This document shows positions 42,621-51,674 of a DNA stretch of 64,000 nt, piece by piece (position 1 is the first letter of the stretch; each line of letters begins with the position of its first letter). The stretch spans positions 31,438-95,437 of the IMG/VR virus record IMGVR_UViG_3300017917_005124; one strand, written 5' to 3'. Source of the DNA: a virus. Both the position numbers and the translations under genes were made by a program. The notes below the pieces were generated by a model that was not told where the DNA came from, made no database searches, and saw only the letters and a program-made list of their open reading frames with translations.

Positions 42621-42926
42621 TTATTTTTGAAATTTATATATTTGAACCAAAAATGCTATTTTGATAGCATCATCAATTTCCTTGGGTATATTACATCTAG
42701 ATTTTGGTTCATGCTCGGTTCCAGATTTCCATTCATCACCCTCATCAAGACTAGGTTTTCCTGAAGCTTCATAATAATCGAGAATTGCGCCAGTTAAATA
42801 ACTTAGTTCTACTGCTGAGTTTGTTGAATTATCTTCTTCATGTTCTATGTTTTTTATTGAATCATTAAAGCCTTCTGTTTCATCGTAATTTTTAGATTTT
42901 TTACCTTTACCTGATTTTTTAGACAT
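42621..42926 (-). CDS. hypothetical protein
   Basis: Start MSKKSGK at 42926 follows the minus-strand TATTTATA at 42951-42958. Confidence 0.7.
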   Translation of the reverse strand: MSKKSGKGKKSKNYDETEGFNDSIKNIEHEEDNSTNSAVELSYLTGAILDYYEASGKPSLDEGDEWKSGTEHEPKSRCNIPKEIDDAIKIAFLVQIYKFQK

Positions 42927-43028
42927 ATTCTTAAGTATTATGTTTATATTTATAAATAGTAAGTATTTTTTTAATAATTTTAAAATATTTTTATTTATTT
43001 TTAAAAGCAAATTTTATAAATTTTTAAT

Positions 43029-43370
43029 ATGAAATTTATATATTTGTTTAATGTAGAAGGAACTAATGTTTATAAGATTGGTAACTCTGGAAATGTGAAC
43101 AAGAGAAGATTGGAAATTCAAACAGGTTGCCCATTTAAAGTTGTTGAGATAGTTAGGTTTAAGAGTAAATATCCAAATAAAGTTGAAAAAGCGCTTCATA
43201 ATAAATTCGGCCTTCAAAAAGAAGATGAAGATGGTAGGGAATTGCAGGGTGAATTTTTCGCCTTATCAAATGAAGATAAAAAAATGTTTATGGAGCATTG
43301 TCAAAAAATGGAAGATATGTTTCTGATTTTAGAAGAAAATACTTATTTGCAAAACAAAAAAAAGACTTGA
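43029..43370 (+). CDS. T5orf172/GIY-YIG-like domain protein
   Basis: FIYLF...YKIGNS...KRRLEIQTGCP...EKALH...GEFF. Confidence 0.8.
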   Translation: MKFIYLFNVEGTNVYKIGNSGNVNKRRLEIQTGCPFKVVEIVRFKSKYPNKVEKALHNKFGLQKEDEDGRELQGEFFALSNEDKKMFMEHCQKMEDMFLILEENTYLQNKKKT

Positions 43371-43435
43371 TTTCTCAAGTCTTTAATTTTATATGACACC
43401 TAGAAACCTAAACTTCTTTAGGTGATGGGAGGATA

Positions 43436-43837
43436 TCATCCAATTATTTCTTTGTCACCACTATCTTCTGCAGGAGTGTCTTCGCTTGGTGTTGTAGATA
43501 TATCTTTTGCATTTATTTGATTTAACGATTTCATTCTGTCTTGTATAGATTGCTCTATTTTTGTCTCAGAATTCTTATTAATACCAAGAAGTGCAAGGTG
43601 ATGAGCAAGTGTCATACCATAAAGTACTATATGATTTGTAGGAACTTCATAAAACCCTTTTTTGGAGATAGCTATTATAGCATTAGCAACGTCAATTCCT
43701 ATAAATACGCCAGCAGCCGTAAGTATTGCTCCAAGAATAAAATATGAAGAAAGGCGTCCAGAAGATACCTTTCCATTTTTATCTAAAACGGATAGATTAA
43801 TTAATTTAAATATTTCTTTAATTAAATTGGTTTTCAT
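43436..43837 (-). CDS. small two-TM membrane protein (holin-like, uncertain)
   Basis: DKNGKVSSGRL followed by two hydrophobic segments; TATTTATA upstream. Confidence 0.6.
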   Translation of the reverse strand: MKTNLIKEIFKLINLSVLDKNGKVSSGRLSSYFILGAILTAAGVFIGIDVANAIIAISKKGFYEVPTNHIVLYGMTLAHHLALLGINKNSETKIEQSIQDRMKSLNQINAKDISTTPSEDTPAEDSGDKEIIG

Positions 43838-43924
43838 TTTTTTATTTATAAATAGTTATTAAAAACAAATAGATATTTATTTTTAATAATAAAATGTTTA
43901 TTTTTAATATAAAAATATAAAATT

Positions 43925-44572
43925 ATGAAAAAAAGAAATTTTATTTTTGACTTATACAACAAGATATTTAATAAATCAAGTGAAAAAAAAACCGTAAGAA
44001 GATTGAGTCAAAACCCTAAAACTGGAGAGTTGTCTTGGAGCGAAGGTGAAAAGCCATTTAAGGATGATGATACTAATATAGAAATAAAAAAATTTCACCT
44101 CGAAGACTCAAATAAGACAAGAACGGCTCATCTTAAGGTTCCGACTTTTATAGCAATGGAGCCATTTTGGAAGAATAGATTTTATGTTGAATTCCCTGGT
44201 ATTGTAGGACAACACTTTAATGCATACAGCTATAACGGTAGAGATACATCAAGTGATTCAAAATTGTTGACCTCAAAAATGCCTACGTCAACATCAAGAA
44301 AAAATTATTATTCCACATTTAAGGTGTTACTTACAATGACTGATATTTGCGATAAACTATTACAACTTGAATCTGAATCATCAGTTGGAGATGTTAAGAT
44401 AAACATGCTTGACCCAACTGGCGTAATTGTTAAGACAATATTACTTCCAGATTGTGAGGTTGTTGAAGTTAAATATTTTGATGAATTATCTTATGGAGGA
44501 CCAGGAGAAAAATCTGATGCTATACTCTATGGAGAAATAATAGTCAAGCACAATAAGAGAAGGATAATATAA
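43925..44572 (+). CDS. tail-tube-like protein (divergent)
   Basis: EPFWKNRFYVEFP...MLDPTGVIVKTILL...FDELSY resembles the T4 gp19-like tube pattern. Confidence 0.55.
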   Translation: MKKRNFIFDLYNKIFNKSSEKKTVRRLSQNPKTGELSWSEGEKPFKDDDTNIEIKKFHLEDSNKTRTAHLKVPTFIAMEPFWKNRFYVEFPGIVGQHFNAYSYNGRDTSSDSKLLTSKMPTSTSRKNYYSTFKVLLTMTDICDKLLQLESESSVGDVKINMLDPTGVIVKTILLPDCEVVEVKYFDELSYGGPGEKSDAILYGEIIVKHNKRRII

Positions 44573-44604
44573 AAAATGAGAGAGCTAAGTTCTCTCATTT
44601 TTTT

Positions 44605-44763
44605 TTACTTTAGTTTTTTAATTTTTAACTGCGTTGATGTAATTGTTTTTTGATTTAATTTGTTATTATTAAATCCATATGCCTCGCAATGTGATTGTTT
44701 TTTTGATTTACATGAATTAATAAAAATTGATAATAAAATAAGAATTAAGATTAGTTTTTTCAT
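44605..44763 (-). CDS. small lipoprotein (52 aa, absent from the ORF track)
   Basis: MKKLILILILLSIFINS|CKSKKQSHCEAY lipobox; TATTTATA upstream. Confidence 0.65.
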   Translation of the reverse strand: MKKLILILILLSIFINSCKSKKQSHCEAYGFNNNKLNQKTITSTQLKIKKLK

Positions 44764-44884
44764 TTAGTTGTTTTTTTGTTTTTATAAATATAATTAATTT
44801 ATAGCAATGTACAAAAAAAAATAGTTTTTATGTATTTTTTTTATATATTTGATGCATAAAAAGCTTAATATAGCTGTTTTATAA

Positions 44885-46216
44885 TGACCTCAGAAAGAAA
44901 ACCAAGTCATCAGCTTGCTGTGGCTTGGATGAATTGCTCTTAAATCATTGTAAATATACAACAAATTTCTTTTAAATCAATTTTTTTCAGAAAAACTTTA
45001 ATTTCTGAAAATTTCTTTGTATTTATAAGTGATGCTTAAGTCATATAAATATAGAATATACCCAACAGAGGCTCAGCAGGAGCAACTTGCCAAGGCCTTC
45101 GGATGTGCTCGATTTGTTTACAACCTTGGTCTTGAGACCAAAATATCCGCCTGGACTTCTGCAAAGAAATATGTTGATGTTTTTGACTTATCCAATCAAA
45201 TGAGAGAACTCAAGAGCACAGAGGCGCCTTGGCTTAAGGATTGTCCATCTCAAGCACTTCAGATGTCCCTGAGAAACCTAGATAATGCATATACAAACTT
45301 CTTCAAGAGAGGCTCTGGTTTCCCGAAATTCAAGTCCAAGCACTCAAGACAAAGCATTCAGCTCCCGCAAGGAGTTCGAATTGCTGATGATGGCAAGCAA
45401 GTGTTTATTCCAAAGCTCAAATGGGTCGGCATTGACCTTCACAGAGCGTTACCAGATGGAGATGTCAAGACTGTGACAGTCTCAAGGACAACAACCAATA
45501 AATATTTCATCTCAATTTTGGTTGACACCAAAAGGGAAGTGCCAAGTAAGAAGCTAATAAATGAATCAACCTCAGTTGGCATTGATTTGGGCATCAAGGA
45601 TTTTGCAATAACAAGTGATGGCATGAAGTTCGAGAACAAAGACTTCATGAAATCTACACAAAAACAGCTTCGAGTTGCACAAAGGTCTCTTGCAAGAAGG
45701 GTCAAGGGAAGCGGTGGATATGAGCGACAAAAGAAGAGAGTTGCACTTTTGCATGAGAAAATTAGGAATCAAAGACAAGACTACTTACATAAGATTTCGA
45801 GCTACTTAGTCAAGACCTATGACACAATTTGCATTGAGGACCTCAGTGTCTCAGGCATGGTCAGGAACCACAATCTTGCAAGAGCCATATCAGACCAAGG
45901 ATGGAGAGAGTTTCGTTCAATGCTTGAGTACAAGGCTGAGTGGCAAGGGAAGAACATTCAGGTTATCGGGAGGTTTGACCCAAGCAGCAAGACTTGTTCT
46001 TGTTGTGGCAAGATGAATAAAGAGCTCAAGCTCTCTGATAGAAATTGGACTTGCAGAAGCTGCGAGACAACTCATGACCGAGATGTGAATTCAGCGAAGA
46101 ATATAAAGAATTTTGGGCTTCGGAACCAGCCCCGCATGTCGCAACGTGAGCCAATAGGCTGTGCGTGATATGACGAAGCCCATTCATCGAGCCTCGCTCG
46201 TGGATGGGTCGTTCAC
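44885..46216 (+). mobile_element. IS200/IS605-family TnpB-only element
   Basis: Left hairpin CCAAGTCA..TGGCTTGG; right hairpin CCCATTCA..TGGATGGG followed by TCAC at 46213-46216; higher GC than flanks. The left boundary is approximate. Confidence 0.8.
45032..46168 (+). CDS. tnpB: RNA-guided endonuclease TnpB
   Basis: YKYRIYPT, RuvC GIDLG / IEDL / HDRDVNSA, Zn finger CSCC..CRSC. Confidence 0.95.
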   Translation: MLKSYKYRIYPTEAQQEQLAKAFGCARFVYNLGLETKISAWTSAKKYVDVFDLSNQMRELKSTEAPWLKDCPSQALQMSLRNLDNAYTNFFKRGSGFPKFKSKHSRQSIQLPQGVRIADDGKQVFIPKLKWVGIDLHRALPDGDVKTVTVSRTTTNKYFISILVDTKREVPSKKLINESTSVGIDLGIKDFAITSDGMKFENKDFMKSTQKQLRVAQRSLARRVKGSGGYERQKKRVALLHEKIRNQRQDYLHKISSYLVKTYDTICIEDLSVSGMVRNHNLARAISDQGWREFRSMLEYKAEWQGKNIQVIGRFDPSSKTCSCCGKMNKELKLSDRNWTCRSCETTHDRDVNSAKNIKNFGLRNQPRMSQREPIGCA

Positions 46217-46227
46217 AAGAACAAATT

Positions 46228-46905
46228 ATGAAGGTATATGAAGTAGTTAGAACTGTTGGTCTTGGTGACCAAGGTGGTCCAAGACAAACATCTGAAAGAA
46301 CTGGGTTTATCTATATTGATAAAATGCTTGCTGATGAAAAGGCTAATGAGATGTGGCTATCAGAAACAACAGAAAAAGAAAGAGACTCTTGGTGCTCCAT
46401 TCATTTTAATGTACGTGAAGTTGAAGTTATTACCAAGAAGAGTAAGCCAACGGTATATGTAGACATGGACAATACAGCATGTGACTTTACGTCTCAGTTT
46501 AGATTATACAACAAGATGTATCCAAACTATCAATATCCACAGTCAGTCATTGGATTCTTCTCAAGTATGAAGCCTATGCCAGGATTCTTGGATGCTTGGA
46601 AAACTCTAAGTGAGCACTATGATATAAGATTTCTATCAAGACCTTCTCTTTATAATTTAGGCTCATATACAGAGAAGGCTGTTTGGGTTAGAGATAATAT
46701 GAGTGGAATAGAGTGTCTTGAAAAGCTTAATCTTAATCCAGATAAGTCAATTGTTGGAGAAGTGGGTGATTATCTTGTTGATGACTGGGATGCTAATGGT
46801 CAAACCGAGTTTAAGGGGGAGTTTATTCACTTCGGAAAACAAGAGGGTTGTAGAAATTGGGAAGAAGTGACAGATTATTTGCTAAAAAAAGCTGGAGTGA
46901 TATGA
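46228..46905 (+). CDS. 5'(3')-deoxyribonucleotidase (HAD) with an N-terminal extension
   Basis: VYVDMDNT, LSRP, EKAVWV, YLVDD. Confidence 0.85.
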   Translation: MKVYEVVRTVGLGDQGGPRQTSERTGFIYIDKMLADEKANEMWLSETTEKERDSWCSIHFNVREVEVITKKSKPTVYVDMDNTACDFTSQFRLYNKMYPNYQYPQSVIGFFSSMKPMPGFLDAWKTLSEHYDIRFLSRPSLYNLGSYTEKAVWVRDNMSGIECLEKLNLNPDKSIVGEVGDYLVDDWDANGQTEFKGEFIHFGKQEGCRNWEEVTDYLLKKAGVI

Positions 46906-47159
46906 GTGGAGTGATTGATAAGGTGCTTAAATTGACTATTAAGGCAAATTCTACTGAAGAAGCTAAGGCTAAGGCTAAGTCTCAACAAGGAGTCAAGAAT
47001 GTATTAAATTCCTAACTAACAACTCAAATTTTTGAGGTTACAGTAACTCAGGAATGGTATGGAAAGTATAATCTTGGGTATTGTAAGCGCTGTGGAACTG
47101 ACCTTTGCTGTAGAGCTGATTTTATATCAGAAACATGCGATGAATGCGAAAGAATGTGA
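46902..47159 (+). pseudogene. small Zn-finger gene with an in-frame TAA
   Basis: 85 codons in one frame with TAA at 47013-47015; the downstream part has CKRC...CDEC. Confidence 0.55.
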
Positions 47160-47177
47160 AATTTAAAAAATAAATTT

Positions 47178-47708
47178 ATGATTAAAAAATATATAAGTGA
47201 AGAGGTTAGGCTCGATATTATGCGTGCTCTAAAAGAAGCTTATAATGGAAAGGAGTGCATTTTTGTAGATATGGATGGTGTCGTTGCAGACTTTGAACCA
47301 AAGGCAATTGAGGAGGCTGAAAAGATGGGTTTAACATTTAAGCAATTTGCTGACCAAAAGCAATATAGGCACATTGAAGGGTTTTATAGAGACCTTCCAC
47401 TAATTCCAGGAGCCAAGGAAGCAATTCTTGAATTGGATGCTTGTGGTAAGTATGAGATTAATTTCTTGTCAGCTCCATCATGGGGAAATGAAAGCTGCTT
47501 CACTGACAAGAGAATATGGATTAGTGAAAACTTTGGAACAGACTTTGAAAAGAGAATGGACCTTTCATTTCATAAGGGTCATTATCTTGGTCACTACTTA
47601 ATTGATGATAGAACTAAGTATGGTGCTGGAGACTTTATTGGGCAGCATTTACAATATGGAAACGAAGAATATCCAAATTGGGACTCAATAATTAAATTAT
47701 TACTTTAA
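47178..47708 (+). CDS. 5'(3')-deoxyribonucleotidase (HAD)
   Basis: IFVDMDGVVADF, LSAPSW, DKRIWI, YLIDDR. Confidence 0.9.
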   Translation: MIKKYISEEVRLDIMRALKEAYNGKECIFVDMDGVVADFEPKAIEEAEKMGLTFKQFADQKQYRHIEGFYRDLPLIPGAKEAILELDACGKYEINFLSAPSWGNESCFTDKRIWISENFGTDFEKRMDLSFHKGHYLGHYLIDDRTKYGAGDFIGQHLQYGNEEYPNWDSIIKLLL

Positions 47709-47773
47709 TTAAATAATTGTTTTGTAAATTAGTTATAATTATATATATTTGCGTTAAACAACAAGTTATTGGT

Positions 47774-49876
47774 ATGAAAATTTCAAAAGAAGATAAGGAA
47801 GAGATATTTAGAAGAAAAGAGATATTAGAAGTTGCTAGAGTGGGTTTGAAGAAGGAGTTTATTGGTCTTGATGATATAATTAATGAGTTAATAGACTTGA
47901 TTGAATCTTGGTATTTATTTCCAAGTGGACAAATAAGGCCAACAATAATAAATTTATTTGGAATGACTGGGGTGGGTAAGACTTCTTTAATAAAGAGGCT
48001 TTTTGAGTTAATTGACTTAAAAGATAATTTATATAAATTTGACATTGGTGAGTATAATTCTCAAGAGAATTCTAAGCTTTCGTATGCATTTTCTGATAAT
48101 TTAAGAGGCAGGGAAAATAATCAGATAGGGATTATTTTTGACGAATTCCAACTTGGTAGAACTATAGATGAGGGTGGGGTTGAGATAGAGAAATCTGGTT
48201 TAAGAGCTATGTGGGAATTGTTAGATACTGGTAAGATTTCTATACTTCAATCATCTTTCTGTGGCTCAAAAATATATCAATTATCATTAAAACTTGAAGA
48301 TTGTGTTAATAACGGAAGTGTTGAGGCTAAAAATGGCTTAGTTACAAAAAATAAAGAATATCATCAAAAGTTTTTTAAAGAAGAATTGGTTGATGAGGAA
48401 TTCGCTCTAAAAGATGCAAAAAATAAAAAAAATAATGATGATGAAATTTTATTTATACCAGAAGAATTTAATTGGTATATAAATGAAATTTGGGAAAATA
48501 GATTTTTAACAGATAGAGAGTTGACTGAATTTTTAAAGTCATTGAACCATCAAACATCAGTTGAGTTTTTAAACCAAACAGTAAATAAAGCCTTAAAACC
48601 TGTTGAGTTTAATTATGCATCATCTTGTATATTTGTCATAGGAAATATTGATGAAGCATATAGGATGTCTAAAAACATAGACCCAGATGGTGATGCTGAT
48701 AGATTTTATGAGCACTCAAAAAAGATAACATTACCTCAGATTAAATCAGCGCTTCAAAGAAGATTCAGAGCTGAGCAGATTGCTAGACTTGGGAATAATC
48801 ATATTATATATCCAGCATTTAGTTCCAAGATGTATAGGGATTTAATTAATCTTGAGCTTAAAAGGTGTTCTAGTAAAGTTAAGGAAAAATTTGATATTGA
48901 TATTATATTTAAAAAGACAGTAGGCGAAATAATATATAAGGAAGGAGTTTTTCCAACTCAAGGCGCAAGACCTTTGTTTACAACTATAAATTATCTTATT
49001 GAGTCTTTTATTGGAAAAATAATTAGAGATATTTTTGAATTAGAAGATTCTATAAAATCTATTATTTGGAAATTTTATAAAAATAAGTATATAGTAAGTT
49101 TTTTAAATAAAGAAAATAAATTAGTAAAAAAAATATCATACCCAGTTAGGCTTAAGGTTGAAAATCTTAGGAAAAGTGAGGAAAGTGAATTACAAGCTCA
49201 AGTTGCTATACATGAGTCTGGACATGCGGTAGCTGCTATATACGCAGCCAATATCCTTCCGATTGAAGTTGTGAGTAGAAGTGCTAATATGTCTGAGGGT
49301 CACTGTGCTGTTGAAATACCGTCTACTGGACTACAAACTAGGGATGAGTTAGAAAAAGAAATTATAATATGTCTTGGTGGATATGTTGCTGAAAAACTTG
49401 TTTTTGGACAAAACAAAGTTGCTAATGGAACTAGTGGTGATTTTTATAGAGCGACTAATATAGCTCTTGAAATGGCTAAGTCATATGGTATGCTTGGAGC
49501 AGGTCCAATGCTTTATGGACATAAAAGTCCGAGTACAAATAGTGAATGGAGCTCTTATTCAGTTGATGAAATGGATAAGTTGGCTGAGAAAATAATTATT
49601 GATTCAGAGATTAAGTGTAAGAAGATTTTGAGTGATAATAAGCTTCTATTACTAAAGTTGGGTGAACACCTATCGAATAACTCCAGAATGGATTCGTCAG
49701 AAATCCAGGAGTTTGTTAATAATTATGGTAGTCCAGTTGAGATTAAAAGTAAAGATGACTACCATATGTTCAAATCAACAATTGCAAAAGAACTTGCTGA
49801 AGAAGAATTGAGTTTTAGGCCAAAGAAAAATTCTGTAAGTAGAGTGGAAGTTAAATTAAAACAAGACAAGATATGA
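47774..49876 (+). CDS. soluble AAA+ ATPase fused to an M41 (FtsH-type) peptidase
   Basis: GMTGVGKT, IFDEFQ, GARPL; HESGHAV, LGGYVAE, GTSGDF..AT; no TM segment. Confidence 0.85.
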   Translation: MKISKEDKEEIFRRKEILEVARVGLKKEFIGLDDIINELIDLIESWYLFPSGQIRPTIINLFGMTGVGKTSLIKRLFELIDLKDNLYKFDIGEYNSQENSKLSYAFSDNLRGRENNQIGIIFDEFQLGRTIDEGGVEIEKSGLRAMWELLDTGKISILQSSFCGSKIYQLSLKLEDCVNNGSVEAKNGLVTKNKEYHQKFFKEELVDEEFALKDAKNKKNNDDEILFIPEEFNWYINEIWENRFLTDRELTEFLKSLNHQTSVEFLNQTVNKALKPVEFNYASSCIFVIGNIDEAYRMSKNIDPDGDADRFYEHSKKITLPQIKSALQRRFRAEQIARLGNNHIIYPAFSSKMYRDLINLELKRCSSKVKEKFDIDIIFKKTVGEIIYKEGVFPTQGARPLFTTINYLIESFIGKIIRDIFELEDSIKSIIWKFYKNKYIVSFLNKENKLVKKISYPVRLKVENLRKSEESELQAQVAIHESGHAVAAIYAANILPIEVVSRSANMSEGHCAVEIPSTGLQTRDELEKEIIICLGGYVAEKLVFGQNKVANGTSGDFYRATNIALEMAKSYGMLGAGPMLYGHKSPSTNSEWSSYSVDEMDKLAEKIIIDSEIKCKKILSDNKLLLLKLGEHLSNNSRMDSSEIQEFVNNYGSPVEIKSKDDYHMFKSTIAKELAEEELSFRPKKNSVSRVEVKLKQDKI

Positions 49877-50130
49877 CAAAGATTGAGATATTTGACAAAG
49901 TGATGGAGATAGCTAGGAAAAATGGTTATTTAAGTAGTGACTATAGACAATATTATAGTTTTATAACTGAGGGACAAAATATTAGCTCATTAATGTTTGA
50001 TAACACATTCAACGTAACTTTATTTAAAGATGATGATGAGCGAGTATTATTTCTTAATAGACTATCACTATCTGATGATAAGTGGGAATTTATTGAATCA
50101 AATCTTAACCTATTCCATATATTTAATTAA
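49873..50130 (+). CDS. hypothetical protein
   Basis: ATGA overlap with the previous gene; 85 aa. Confidence 0.65.
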   Translation: MTKIEIFDKVMEIARKNGYLSSDYRQYYSFITEGQNISSLMFDNTFNVTLFKDDDERVLFLNRLSLSDDKWEFIESNLNLFHIFN

Positions 50131-50158
50131 AATTTATAGTTATTTATAATAAAAGAAA

Positions 50159-50503
50159 ATGGAAAGTATTGAGTTTACATATTGGCTCCAGGGAGCGCTT
50201 GAGATGAATCCAGAGATGCTTGAGAAGGGTATGTCACCACAGCAGGTTGAGACCATTCAGGACCATCTTAATTTAGTTTTTAATAAGATTACTCCAAATA
50301 GATTCGAAAATAATGTAATTGATTATAACTCATCTGGAAATCCGCCACCAGAGCACCCTGGTTCAACTTGTGTTGCTGACGTAACTGGGGAGTTATTTTG
50401 TCAGACAGTTAATTTAGTTGACACACCTAAAAAGCGTAAGAGTTTAATGACACTTTGCAGAGAAGAAGGTAGTAGTCCATCTACAGGCGGCAAAATTTGT
50501 TAA
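50159..50503 (+). CDS. hypothetical protein
   Basis: FTYWLQG...IQDHLNLVFNKITP; TATTTATA upstream. Confidence 0.75.
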   Translation: MESIEFTYWLQGALEMNPEMLEKGMSPQQVETIQDHLNLVFNKITPNRFENNVIDYNSSGNPPPEHPGSTCVADVTGELFCQTVNLVDTPKKRKSLMTLCREEGSSPSTGGKIC

Positions 50504-50506
50504 GTC

Positions 50507-50758
50507 ATGAGAATAAGAGGTAAATCAAATATTGAAGCTGAGGATATATTGTTTTACAATTGTGTTGCAAGTGTTGCTATGGATGCAAGTAAGAGAGTTG
50601 CTAATGAACTGACACCAACATTTATTATTCATGAGGCAATATCATACTTTTCAAGTATAGAGCAATATGAAGTATGTATTGTAATAAAGAAGTTTTATGA
50701 TGATAATCCTCAATTTTTTATAGAGACATCAAGAGAAGAGTGGTTTGATTTAAAATAA
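50507..50758 (+). CDS. hypothetical protein
   Basis: 83 aa, coupled to the previous gene. Confidence 0.65.
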   Translation: MRIRGKSNIEAEDILFYNCVASVAMDASKRVANELTPTFIIHEAISYFSSIEQYEVCIVIKKFYDDNPQFFIETSREEWFDLK

Positions 50759-50791
50759 ATTTAAAAAAAATAAAAAATATATTTTGTTTAT

Positions 50792-50819
50792 TGAAACATT
50801 TTTATTACATTTGCGTATA
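50792..50819 (+). promoter_or_regulatory. ECF-type promoter TGAAAC-N16-CGTATA (overlaps a TACATTTG box)
   Basis: Exact motif upstream of small ORF 50844. Confidence 0.7.
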
Positions 50820-50843
50820 AGTAAAAAAATAATAAGTATTAAT

Positions 50844-50933
50844 ATGGCAAAGTCAAGTACAAAACAAAAGTTAGAATGCCTTGAAGGGTGGATTAGACAA
50901 ACTAAATTTAATGAAAAAATAAAAAAATATTAA
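50844..50933 (+). CDS. small ORF (29 aa)
   Basis: MAKSSTKQKLECLEGWIRQTKFNEKIKKY; promoter and A-rich start. Confidence 0.5.
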   Translation: MAKSSTKQKLECLEGWIRQTKFNEKIKKY

Positions 50934-50963
50934 ATAAATAATTTTTTGCAATATTTATAATAA

Positions 50964-51047
50964 ATGAAAACAACTAGTACAAATATATGGTCGAGTAGAT
51001 GGTCGAGAAGTATTCTCGAAAGGGCCTTGGTTTGCATTAGTGTTTGA
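50964..51047 (+). CDS. putative attenuator leader peptide (27 aa)
   Basis: MKTTSTNIWSSRWSRSILERALVCISV; TATTTATA at 50952; followed by a terminator and the tRNA cluster. Confidence 0.65.
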   Translation: MKTTSTNIWSSRWSRSILERALVCISV

Positions 51048-51075
51048 TAGCAATAATAGTTATTAAATAATATTT

Positions 51076-51106
51076 AAACCCTGGCTAAATAGTCAGGGTT
51101 TTTTTT
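51076..51106 (+). terminator. intrinsic terminator (putative attenuator) directly ahead of the tRNA cluster
   Basis: AAACCCTGGCT-AAAT-AGTCAGGGTTT plus T tract. Confidence 0.85.
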
Positions 51107-51119
51107 GTTAATAAAAAAT

Positions 51120-51207
51120 GGAAGTGCAAGCAGAAAGTTGACGACTGCACCCGTCTTGAAAACGGACGAGCCGAAAGGCCTTGAGAGTTTGACCCTCTCC
51201 GCTTCCG
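51120..51207 (+). tRNA. tRNA-Ser(TGA), atypical T loop
   Basis: Acceptor GGAAGTG/CGCTTCC, anticodon loop CTTGAAA, long variable arm, T loop TTTGACC. Confidence 0.85.
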
Positions 51208-51220
51208 CAAGAAAATAAAA

Positions 51221-51427
51221 ATGAAAAAAGAAACAAATATTACTATTGAAGGAAAACTTGTTTTTTTGACTGATTTTTGTGAAAGAATGGGAATTAACTA
51301 TACAGTTGATAGAAACCCATCTCCAGAAAAAGTAGAAAAAATAAAGGCCTCTATTAAGAGAAAAGAGGAATTAGAAAAAATCTTTGTTGAGCGATACAAA
51401 GAAAAATGGAATAATAAGGAGTGTTGA
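51221..51427 (+). CDS. small hypothetical protein inside the tRNA cluster
   Basis: 68 aa with an A-rich start; the 3' end overlaps the next tRNA by 10 nt. Confidence 0.6.
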   Translation: MKKETNITIEGKLVFLTDFCERMGINYTVDRNPSPEKVEKIKASIKRKEELEKIFVERYKEKWNNKEC

Positions 51428-51504
51428 CCGAGTGGCTTATGGTGCTGGTCTTGAAAACCAGTGAACTCGAAAGGGTTCCGAGAGTTCGAATCTCTCATCC
51501 TCCT
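51418..51504 (+). tRNA. tRNA-Ser(TGA), second copy
   Basis: CTGGT-CTTGAAA-ACCAG, long variable arm, GTTCGAATC; one acceptor mismatch and a T discriminator. Confidence 0.85.
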
Positions 51505-51505
51505 C

Positions 51506-51583
51506 AAAGTAAGTTGATTCAAGTTCGGGAGCTTGAAGCTGGTCCCTATGGACTTACAGCTGTCAACGTTAGACACTTACTTT
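51506..51583 (+). ncRNA. unknown four-way-junction RNA
   Basis: AAAGTAAG/CTTACTTT closing stem with three internal hairpins. Confidence 0.5.
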
Positions 51584-51586
51584 TTT

Positions 51587-51669
51587 GGAGATATGGCCGA
51601 GTGGTAAGGCAGCGGTTTGCTAAACCGTAACATCGAAAGGTGTCGGGGGTTCGAGTCCCTCTATCTCCG
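51587..51669 (+). tRNA. tRNA-Ser(GCT)
   Basis: GGAGATA/TATCTCC, loop TTGCTAA, long variable arm, GTTCGAGTC. Confidence 0.92.
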
Positions 51670-51674
51670 CAACA

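Noticed and set aside
46204-46227. ORF-track start MGRSQEQI
   Set aside because: It begins inside the IS right-end hairpin; ATG 46228 is more plausible.
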